Positions 38,165 to 47,900 of a stretch of 64,000 bases of DNA are shown here, one piece after another (the first letter of the stretch is position 1; the number at the start of each line of letters is the position of its first letter). The DNA is taken from sequence record MW373745.1. The stretch is one strand, 5' to 3'. The position numbers and the translations under genes were made by a program. Below the pieces are notes generated by a model. That model saw nothing but the letters and a program-made list of their open reading frames with translations. It did not search any database and was not told where the DNA came from.

Positions 38165-39769
38165 ATGAAAGAATTAGTAGCATCGTGGCTAGCACGCAGA
38201 TTTACAGATAATGACTTTAGAAGTGTTCTCAAAAATGTCGTTCTAAAAGATGGTATAGGTAAAGGCACCAAACGCCCAGATAATGCTACCAATTTTGTGA
38301 ATACAAAAACTGGTGAATTAATAGAACCTACTAAAATTCGTGAATTTATCAAAGCTATGAATGTGGAGGTTCAAACTCGCAATAATTTCTATAAAGGTAA
38401 TACCGATTATCAAAATGTTTCACAAGTTCCACAAAATGGTGTTTTGCAGGGTTCTGTAGTTTTAAGCACACCTTATACTGCTATGCAGGTTGTTTTAGAA
38501 TCATTTGTAGGTGATGGAATTATAAATTTTGGAACCGCAGTCCAAGCAGATTTTAATCAAGTTAAATTAAATCAAAAATCTTTATTTTTAGCACACGGTA
38601 ATTATTTTGCAAGATTAGAATTTACAGCAAGTGCGATTGCTAATATTTCTGGTGGTGTAAGATTAACTTATAATCAGTCTCAACTTTGGTATGATCAAGG
38701 TAGATCAGAAGTTAATATTAATTATGATGCTTTAACAAAAATATTAGCTCTTGAAGATTTTACTGACGTAGAAATTGGTATAGCAGATTTTAGTTCTAAG
38801 AAAATTAAATGGTTTAATAACGTTAAACTTAAAGCAAGTACATTAAAATTCACAGTTTCTCAAAATACAGAAAACGCTAATAAAACAGTTCAAAAACGTA
38901 TAGTTTCTGGGTATTTAGATTTTACAATTGATCAAACTATTGAAGATACAATATCTGAGAAATTAAAAGGTGCTTTGATCACAGCTGCTAGATTCAATAA
39001 ATTCAAACAATTATTAAATAAAGCTGAAGTTGCTTGTTTATGTGATTGTAATTATTGTACTTGTGATTGTAATTATTGTACTTGTGATTGTAATTATTGT
39101 ACTTGTAATTGCAATTATTGTACTTGTGATTGTAATTATTGTACTTGTGATTGTAATTATTGTACTTGTAATAATAATAAAGAATACACTGATAGGGTTA
39201 ATTATTGGCATGGTGTTGTTTGTACTTGTAATGCGAATATTACTTGCCAAACTCAAGGTCCTGGATATACACCAGTTTATGAAAACAAATATATGACTGA
39301 GTGTTCTTGCCAAGGGGATAGAAGTGTTCCGCAATACAACCAATACGGTCAAATATATGGTTATGCGTGTAGATGTAATGCTAACTGGATTAATTCTGTT
39401 AGACAACACGCTACCGTAACTCAAGTATGTTCTTGTAACGTTGATAAACAATGGACTAAAAATATTACAGGTAAACCAATTTGGGATAAAAAATCTACAG
39501 GTCAAATCGATAATATTGTCAACAACAATACTTCAAATTCACAAACAAGTACTACTGTAAGAGTTTGTGTTTGTGATACAAACGTCACAATAGCTGCACA
39601 ATGTGCTACAAATAGAACAATGGCTTATGTTGATGGGTCAACTGGAAGTCAAGGCGGTTACAGATGTGTTTGCGATATCAACACAAATAGACAAATTGCT
39701 TGTTCTGCTAATAGAGAATATAAATATGTCACTGACTATACTCAATTTCAAAACAAACAATACAATTAA
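38165..39769 (+). CDS. probable virion protein with Cys-rich C-terminus, (CDCNYCT)6 plus CxC repeats
   Basis: No Cys in the first ~290 aa, 35 Cys in the remainder. Confidence 0.85.
   Translation: MKELVASWLARRFTDNDFRSVLKNVVLKDGIGKGTKRPDNATNFVNTKTGELIEPTKIREFIKAMNVEVQTRNNFYKGNTDYQNVSQVPQNGVLQGSVVLSTPYTAMQVVLESFVGDGIINFGTAVQADFNQVKLNQKSLFLAHGNYFARLEFTASAIANISGGVRLTYNQSQLWYDQGRSEVNINYDALTKILALEDFTDVEIGIADFSSKKIKWFNNVKLKASTLKFTVSQNTENANKTVQKRIVSGYLDFTIDQTIEDTISEKLKGALITAARFNKFKQLLNKAEVACLCDCNYCTCDCNYCTCDCNYCTCNCNYCTCDCNYCTCDCNYCTCNNNKEYTDRVNYWHGVVCTCNANITCQTQGPGYTPVYENKYMTECSCQGDRSVPQYNQYGQIYGYACRCNANWINSVRQHATVTQVCSCNVDKQWTKNITGKPIWDKKSTGQIDNIVNNNTSNSQTSTTVRVCVCDTNVTIAAQCATNRTMAYVDGSTGSQGGYRCVCDINTNRQIACSANREYKYVTDYTQFQNKQYN
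39041..39166 (+). repeat. 21-bp tandem repeat x6 (TGTGATTGTAATTATTGTACT)
   Basis: Five identical units and one variant (unit 4, CNCNYCT). Confidence 0.95.
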
Positions 39770-40027
39770 AACTCAATTAACATATAATCAGCTTGAAGTT
39801 CTTAAAAAGAGCTTCAATGCTTTTTAAAAATTTAAGATCAGAGATTTAAAACTAAAGTTTAAATTTTAAAATATTAAAGCATTTTTATATAAAATTATAC
39901 AAATAGATATAATTTTATATCAAATATTATATATTCTGGACTTAAAAGTATATTAAACTAAATAAATATAGAAATTATTTTAGAATTTTCAAAAATTGAA
40001 AGTTTTGAAATTTAAATATAATAAAAC

Positions 40028-40062
40028 GAGAAATAAAGAAACTACCAATTTCTTTATTTCTC
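40028..40062 (+). other. perfect 14-bp hairpin upstream of tnpB
   Basis: GAGAAATAAAGAAA - 7 nt loop - TTTCTTTATTTCTC. Confidence 0.8.
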
Positions 40063-40084
40063 TAATTTTAAACATAGGATTGAT

Positions 40085-41503
40085 ATGTCTAAAACTAAAA
40101 GTATTTATAATGAAGAGATACAAAATATTATAACAATCAAGCTAGACTATAAGTCTTCTGATACAGAAAGAATACTTGATTGTATCAAAAACTACAACTC
40201 TCTTTTTAGATCAACATATTCATTTTATCAGCAAGTTCCTGACTTAAAACAAGCAGAAACAACAAGACTTCAATCTAGATTGAATAATATTTTTCTTGAT
40301 AAGTGGTTTTTTAACTCAGCTGTTTTTGATGTTAAAAGTTTTAAGAACAAGAAAAAGAAAGATGAAAAAGTTATATTTGGTGGTAAAAAGAATTTCTTTG
40401 ATAGATTAAAAGGAAAAATTTCAAGAGAAGAATACCAACTAAAAAGACTGCTTCCTCTATATAGTGTAGGTGAAGCATCTAAGAATGGAAATAGAAAATC
40501 CCAAATAGAAGATGAAAATACAATAATTTTTAAAGTCTCAAGAAAAGAACATATCACTCTAAAATTAAATGGAACTTCTAAGAGATATAGAGATTATTTG
40601 AATCAGCTGATTACTTTACAAATAAACAAATCTATACCGATAACCTACAAGCTAGATACCAAATATGTTTATATCAGCTTCGACTTGAATAAACTCAAAC
40701 ACAATTTAAAAGTACAAGATAAGATTAAAGACAGAGTATTTGGTATTGATCTAAATCCCAACTACATTGGATATTCAGTAGTAGATTGGAAAAACGATGG
40801 ATCTTATAAAATCATAAAAACGGGTTCTATTTCTTTAAAAGCTCTAAATGATTATGATGATTCTTTAAAAGGACAAGGGTATTCTGGACAAAGTAAAGAA
40901 AGAAAATACATTTCAAATAAAAGAAATCACGAAATCATACAAATAGTCCATCAGCTATCTAAGTTAGCAAATCATTTTGGGTGTGAGATTTTTAGCTTAG
41001 AATACCTTAATACGAAGCAAGGAGATAAAGAAAAAGGAACTAAGTTCAACAAACTCTGTAATAATCAGTGGTGTAGAAGTCTTTTAGTTTCACAAATAAA
41101 GAAAATGAATTGTCTATACAAGATTAGAACTCTAGAGGTTCAACCTCAATATAGTTCATTTATTGGAAATCTTGTATATAGAGTTCATCAGCTTCCTGAT
41201 TATGTTCTAGCAAGTATAGAAATAGGAAGAAGGGGATATGAATTCTACCATCAATATATCTTAAAAGATAAAAAGATGGAGAAGAATATCATCTTTGGAA
41301 ACTATGAAAAAGATAAAAATCTTTATTATCTATCATTGGAAGAAATCGGTATTAAAGAGTCTTTTAATAGTTTTATGGAGATGTATTCTTTTGTAAAAAA
41401 TTCTAAATTGAGATATAGAGTTTCTCTAGATGATATAGATTCATCTAGAGTTTTCAGGAAACTTTTTATAAAATCTTATACGGAATTTTATAATTTTTTA
41501 TAA
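40085..41503 (+). mobile_element. tnpB: IS200/IS605-type TnpB-like RuvC nuclease, no adjacent transposase
   Basis: RuvC I GIDLN, RuvC II SLEYL, YSSFIG in place of the Zn finger, RuvC III PDYVLASIEIGRRG. Confidence 0.8.
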
Positions 41504-41582
41504 GTTTTATATGAAGTTTATATCTTTTTAAGTCAAAATATATTATAATTATTTTATCAAAGCTGTATATAAAGGAGATATA

Positions 41583-42662
41583 ATGAATTATTTAGAACTT
41601 AAAAATATGGCGGAGAATTTAAAAGATTCTAATTATAGGTCAACAAAATTAAACGATTTTAAATTCTATACTTATATATTGTCAGATTATAAAAACTTCA
41701 AAGAAAATAATACTTTTTTCATAAGAGGTTTAATGATAGATTCTAAATCTATATTAAACAAAGATACTTTAGCACCTGGTATATCGATACCAATACCAAA
41801 ATTCTTTAATATTAATGAAAATGAAGATTGGATATTACCAGATTCTACAAATCTTGAAGATTTCACTATAGTGACAAAATACGATGGTTCTTTAATGATA
41901 CCTTATGAATATGATGGTATAAAATTTAGAACTAAAATGTCTATTGACAACGATCAAACTAAATTAGCTAATAAGTATATCAAAAATAATCCAGATATAT
42001 TAGATCTAATAAAAAATAATCCAGGTACCCAGTACTTTTTCGAGTTGATATCACCTTTAAATAGAATAGTGGTAGACTATAATAAAACTGAATTAAAATT
42101 AATAGCTGAATTAAATCTTAGAACATTAGAATTTAAAATTCACGAAACTAACGAGTTTAATTTTAAAGATTTAAATATTAGGACTCTAAAAGATCTTAAA
42201 GATTATATAAACACCATATCTAATTACGAAGGTGTTATATTGCAGCATAAAGTAACTAAAAAAGTCTACAAGTTAAAAACACAAGAATATTTAGACTTAC
42301 ATAATACTGTAACTAATTTAGATTTAAAAGTGATATACAAAATGATATTAGAAGAAACTATAGATGATGTGTTACCAAAATTATCGCCAGAAGCTGTGGC
42401 TTATGTTGATTCTGTATCTAATTCAGTAAAAGTTAAGTTAAATGAAATATTAGATTCTATAGATTCTAATTATATTAAAGCTAAAGATCTTGAAGCTCCA
42501 GCTTTATATATAAAAGATTTGAATATAGATCCTATAGCCAAAGATTGTTTATTTAAATTATGTAGAAATAAACTTAATTTAGACAACGTCTTAGATCAAG
42601 TTAAAAAATCTATGTTAAAATATAACAAATTGCGAGATATTAAGGTTTTTTTAAAGCTATAA
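41583..42662 (+). CDS. RNA ligase 1 (T4 RnlA-like)
   Basis: PKFFNINE, TKYDGSL, FELISP.NRIVVDY, EGVIL, KLK; promoter at 41526-41549. Confidence 0.88.
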   Translation: MNYLELKNMAENLKDSNYRSTKLNDFKFYTYILSDYKNFKENNTFFIRGLMIDSKSILNKDTLAPGISIPIPKFFNINENEDWILPDSTNLEDFTIVTKYDGSLMIPYEYDGIKFRTKMSIDNDQTKLANKYIKNNPDILDLIKNNPGTQYFFELISPLNRIVVDYNKTELKLIAELNLRTLEFKIHETNEFNFKDLNIRTLKDLKDYINTISNYEGVILQHKVTKKVYKLKTQEYLDLHNTVTNLDLKVIYKMILEETIDDVLPKLSPEAVAYVDSVSNSVKVKLNEILDSIDSNYIKAKDLEAPALYIKDLNIDPIAKDCLFKLCRNKLNLDNVLDQVKKSMLKYNKLRDIKVFLKL

Positions 42663-42716
42663 ATTATATAATATTAAAATCAAGTCTTAAATCAATCTTT
42701 AAAAGGTTTTTCTTAA

Positions 42717-42806
42717 ATGAATTCATTTATATATTATATTGCAGTTTACGGCGGGATAAGTGCGATTTTGAGTGTTTTTGCAGTATATATTTCTCATAAG
42801 TTTTAA
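42717..42806 (+). CDS. 29-aa hydrophobic peptide, not in ORF track
   Basis: MNSFIYYIAVYGGISAILSVFAVYISHKF*, AAGG upstream. Confidence 0.45.
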   Translation: MNSFIYYIAVYGGISAILSVFAVYISHKF

Positions 42807-42815
42807 AGGTATAAA

Positions 42816-43229
42816 ATGAACACAATTAAACTAACTTGGAATGATGTTCACCAAGCTTTGCATAATCTTACAAATGAAGTAGATCTTAAAAATTTTGATT
42901 GTATAATAACTCCCAATAGAGGCGGATTAATAATAACTAGTATGTTGCAATACACCCAGGGTGTTAAATTACCTGTTTATGTAATTAATAATTCTGATGT
43001 AATCAATATTCAAAATTATAAAAAAGTTTTATTTTTAGATGATATTAACGATACAAGTAAAACAATATTTAAAATCCAAAAAGTTTTCAATGGTCTCATA
43101 ACATTTAAAACATTATTTGAAAGATATAATAGTCCATTTAAAACTGAGACTATCAATATCATCTTGAATGATGTTTGGTTAATTTTTCCTTGGGATATTA
43201 ACCCAGAAGTTTTAAATCTAAGAAAGTGA
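42816..43229 (+). CDS. type I phosphoribosyltransferase (purine PRT-like)
   Basis: NRGGL, VLFLDDINDTSKT, WLIFPWD. Confidence 0.82.
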   Translation: MNTIKLTWNDVHQALHNLTNEVDLKNFDCIITPNRGGLIITSMLQYTQGVKLPVYVINNSDVINIQNYKKVLFLDDINDTSKTIFKIQKVFNGLITFKTLFERYNSPFKTETINIILNDVWLIFPWDINPEVLNLRK

Positions 43230-43238
43230 GTAATTAAT

Positions 43239-43580
43239 ATGCTAGTACCAAAAATAATCAGAAATTCAAAAGTTTATAGATTTATAAAAAATATCATTAA
43301 ATTCAGAAATGAATTAATAATTTGGAGACCTTATGAGCCAATATTTGATTTAAAATTGATTTATAAAATGCTTAAAATCAAAAGAGAATATTGGCTTGAT
43401 GATTGTGGTGGGGCAGCTTATGAAGGTATGGAAAAAGAATTAGATACTTTAAATAGACTCTTAAATGAGTTAGACTTAGTATTTAAATATTCATATGATG
43501 GTGATGGCCAAACTGCTATGATCCATTTTGACATTTTTATGGAAATATATAAGAAAAATGCTTTTAAATTTTGGTGTTGA
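43239..43580 (+). CDS. hypothetical protein
   Basis: 113-aa ORF. Confidence 0.7.
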   Translation: MLVPKIIRNSKVYRFIKNIIKFRNELIIWRPYEPIFDLKLIYKMLKIKREYWLDDCGGAAYEGMEKELDTLNRLLNELDLVFKYSYDGDGQTAMIHFDIFMEIYKKNAFKFWC

Positions 43581-43669
43581 TATGACAATGCGTGTTAGAA
43601 TCTAAAAATACTAAAATATTTAAATTGCATTTAATCATAAATACTATATAATATATCTAAAGGAGAATT

Positions 43670-44839
43670 ATGGAATATTTACCAAAATCTCAAGGACCTA
43701 AAAAACTTTATAATTTTGATATTAATATGACTCAAGCGTGTACACTAAGATGTACATACTGTATTCAAGATTTTAATAAACAAAAATTTGAAAAATTATC
43801 ACCAGAACTTACTAAAAAAATGATAGAAAAGTTTGATTTTCTATTGAATTCAGTAGAATTCAATAAACATTATGATGGTATTAGAATTTCATTCTGGGGT
43901 GGGGAACCCACAACTAACCTAGAAGGTGTTAAAGAGTTTGTAGAATACTATAGACACAACCCAAAAGTTTGTTTCTTTATGTATTCAAATGGTTATAAAT
44001 ACAACCACGTTTTTGATTACTTAGAAACATTTAAGTATATGCCAAATGTCGGGTCAGAACCAAAATTCTTGACTCAAATATCTTATGATGGAATGGCAAG
44101 TCACGATTCAGATAGACTTAATTTACAAGGTAAGGGCTCAGCACAACAAGTTAAAGAAACTGTTTTTGAACTAGCAAAAAGAAATATACCTTTTATTGTA
44201 CATCCTACGATTGCAGCTAAGAATTTCGATAAGATTGCTATTAATTATTTCGAATTTAAAAGAATGTCCGATGTCTTAGGTATTGAACTTAATTATAACC
44301 CTACGATAGACTATATGTCTAAATATGATTTTACAAAAGAACAATTAGAAGCATTGACAAATACTTTAAAAGAAGAATTCTTAAAAATACGTGATGCTGA
44401 AGTTGAGTTCTTTAAAAGAAAAGGATATTTTAATTTTGGTTGGATGAATCCAAATAGAAGTATTTGTACAGCAGGTGATGGCTATTCTGGTATTGAATTG
44501 GATGGTAAAATGTATGCTTGTCACGGTGTTTTTAGTGAAGAATATAAACCAAATAATGTTTTAAATGATATTAATTTTGAGAATGTAAAATTTACTGAAA
44601 CATTGATTAAGAGCTCACAAGATCATAGAAAAATATTAAATGAAAATATGCCCAAAGCTTGCCAAGAATGTTTTACACATTATTGTTTAAAATGTAATTC
44701 TACAAAATTTGGTATTTCTAATAAAGAAACCTACGCAGAAAGATGGACTGATTATAGTTGCCAACCTGGTTTATGTTATATGTTTAAATTCATAGGTAAA
44801 TATAGAATAGCTTTGATGAAATATATTCAAGCTTCTTAG
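43670..44839 (+). CDS. radical SAM protein with SPASM-like C-terminal domain
   Basis: CTLRCTYC, WGGEP, SYDG; CTAG..DGKMYACH..CQEC...CLKC...C. Confidence 0.92.
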   Translation: MEYLPKSQGPKKLYNFDINMTQACTLRCTYCIQDFNKQKFEKLSPELTKKMIEKFDFLLNSVEFNKHYDGIRISFWGGEPTTNLEGVKEFVEYYRHNPKVCFFMYSNGYKYNHVFDYLETFKYMPNVGSEPKFLTQISYDGMASHDSDRLNLQGKGSAQQVKETVFELAKRNIPFIVHPTIAAKNFDKIAINYFEFKRMSDVLGIELNYNPTIDYMSKYDFTKEQLEALTNTLKEEFLKIRDAEVEFFKRKGYFNFGWMNPNRSICTAGDGYSGIELDGKMYACHGVFSEEYKPNNVLNDINFENVKFTETLIKSSQDHRKILNENMPKACQECFTHYCLKCNSTKFGISNKETYAERWTDYSCQPGLCYMFKFIGKYRIALMKYIQAS

Positions 44840-44941
44840 AATTCTAAAATAGTTCTAAATTGACACTATAGTGTTCTATTTTAGAACTATACTGACATAT
44901 ACCAGAATCCAAAAATAAATATACAAAAAGTAGGATTTATT

Positions 44942-47900
44942 TTGAGTATAATAAAATCAACTGCTAGGGGTATTAGAGGTACTTATAGAGCAGGCAAAAA
45001 TGCAGTTAATAGTGTTAATTCTGCTTATAATAGTGCTGTTAGTGGTATAAACAAAGTAAATTCTGCTTTAGATCCTATGAATACAGTTAGAAGTGCTACT
45101 CAAAGACTCAATAACTGGATGGATTCGGATTCTAAAGTATCTAAGACAACTCAAAAAAATAATGATTCAATTGTTAGTGAATTAAACAACGTAGCCAATG
45201 AAGTTGTTAGTGCAGCCAAAGCTTTAGATCCTATGAATGCTAGAAAATTAACAGAAATTTCAGAATCTCTTAAAAATATTTCAAAACAAATCTCGGATAT
45301 TAAAAAAGGATTAATAGATAATCAAGATACAGAAATAAGACACCAAGGTTTTGATAAAAACGTTCAAAATGTTTCAGAATCTAAAGTAAATGTACCTCAG
45401 AATAAAAGTTTTTTTGATAAACTTTTAGGTTGGTTAGGAGGTTTATTAGGTATATCGGCAGGTGCTTTATTACCATTATTGGGATCATTAGGAAGTTTTT
45501 TAACAAAGCCTTTAGATTTCATTTTAGATCTATTAAAAGGTGGTATTAATAAATTATGGACTTTATTTGAGCCATTATTAGGCCCTATTATAGACCCTTT
45601 AAAAAATGGATTTGAATTCTTAAAAAATAAATGGAACTCATTAGTAGATTTTATTAATAAAAAAATTAATATTGGTGATAAATGGAAAATCTCAGATAAT
45701 GATAATCCAAAAAATCCAAAATCACCAAAAGTAAGTTCATCTAATCCAGCTAAAGAACAATCTTGGATGTCTAAGAAATGGGATTCTTTTAAAGGTGCTA
45801 TGCAAAATGGATATGATTGGGCTTCACAAAAAGTAGATGATTTAAAATCATATGCTAGTAAGAAATATCAAGATATTAAAAATTCTAAAGTAGGTAAAAT
45901 TATATCTGCAGGATATGATAAATTAAAAGCAGCACAAAAATATATTGTAGAAAAAGCTATTGAAGGATTTGATGCTGTTAAAAATATGGTAAGCTCTGCT
46001 TGGGATTCAGCAGTTAAAGCAGCACAAAAAGGCTTTAATATGCTTAAAAAGTTTGCTTTAGCTCCTATGGAGAAATTTGTTAGTTCAGTAGGTAAGAAAC
46101 TATTTGGAAGTTCTAAGTTATTTTCAGTTCTACCTAGTATACTTGGAAATCTTGAAAAAATAGGAGCAAGATTAGCTGCTAGTGGTGCTAAAATAGCTTC
46201 AAAAGCTTTACCAGGTGTTGGGTTTGCTGTAGGTATATACCAAGCTTGGGATTTCTTTACTCGTGGTAGATGGGTATTGGGTTCAATAGCAGCACTTAGT
46301 GCTTGTATTTCATTATTACCAGGTATTGGTGGGATCATATCTATGTGTTTAGACTTAGGTTTATTTGCTACTGATATTATAACAAGTCCAGATGATGTAG
46401 ATAATCTTAATAAAGAACAAAATGATTTAGTAAATACAGCAAATAAAATGGTTCAAAATAATGATACTGGAGGTATTTTAGAACCAAGTCAAGTAGAAAA
46501 AGATAAAGCACAATCTGGAGTTCAAGATTCAAGTTCTAATTCAAGTTCAAGTAATAAAGGATTAAATGCTAAAGTACTTGATGGTAAATCTGCTAACGAT
46601 TTTGCTGCTTCGTATACACCACATAAAGTGGATTCTAACGGAACCGTTATAGCTGCTAAAACAGGTTCTATATATAAAGGTTTGACCTGGGTAGAATCTG
46701 AAAAATATGATGCTGAAAAGCAAGCTTATTTTAAGAAACGTGAAGAAAAAGAAGCACAATTAGATGCGCTTTTTGAACAAGGTCAAAAAGCTATGAATTC
46801 TGGAGATACTGAAACCTTTAATAAATTAGTTACACAAAGAAATAAATTATCTGATGAATTATCTAAAATGAGCTTAGATTCTATCGATTCTAAATATCAA
46901 GCTATTGGACAAGCAAGAATTAAAAAATTGCAAAGCCAAGGAGCTAATGCAGATTTATCGGTATTTAGAACTAATGGAGATTCAAGTACTAGTTCAGGGG
47001 GAACTGATACAAAACCAGATTCTACAAATGCTAGTGCTAGTGTAGCTTCGCAAGCTTCTGGTTCAATCTCTCCGGCGCAAGTTCAAGGAGCTCAATCCAC
47101 AGAAGCCCAAGGCTCGAGTTCAGGAGGATCTCCAGGAGCAAGAGCTGCAGCAGAATTCAGTAAAAAATATAACTTAGGAACTAGAGCAACAGGCGCTTGC
47201 GCCAAGTATGTTAGATCTTATTTGATGGCAGCAGGATATCCATTATCTGGTTGGCCAGTAGCAGCTGCAGATTATATAAATTTCTTACCTAAATATGGTT
47301 TTACACCAGTTCAAGGTAGAGCTTCACAAATAAGCCCAGAAGTAGGTGACATTTCAATAACCCAGAGATTTGGAAATCACAAATATGGGCATATTGCTAT
47401 TTGGAATGGTTCTAATTGGGTTTCAGATTTTAAACAAAACTCAGTTTCAATTTATAGAGACGTAAATGCTTTCGGTGGGCCGGATGCTAATATAACTATT
47501 CTAAGAGATACTTCAGGTCAAAATCCATCTCAAGAACTTGTAAATCAACAATTATCCAATATGAATAGTTCTTTTAAAGTTGCATTAGGGGGTGGAGGTG
47601 CTAAAGGTGCTGTTTATAGTTTGGATTCTGGAGTTTCAAATGTTGTTACAAATACAGCAGGCGCTGCAGCTAGTGTTATAAGTTCTGGTGTAAGTAGTAT
47701 CCAATCTTTTGCTAATGCTAATTCTATTACAACCAGAAAATCTTTAACTCAAATGTATACAGAATCTGGATTAAGTACTAGTTTTGGGTCAAGTTCAGCC
47801 CCACAAGCTGCTAGCCCAGCTGCAAATTCAACACCAAAAGAAACAAAAGCAGATATTAAGCCAGCTTCAAAACCAGTAGCGTCAGTCCCACAAGCTGCTA

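Noticed and set aside
39030-39505. ORFs 39030-39296 (+) and 39038-39505 (-) with VIVII / ITITST repeats
   Set aside because: Alternative-frame shadows of the 21-bp Cys repeat; no RBS or independent signal.
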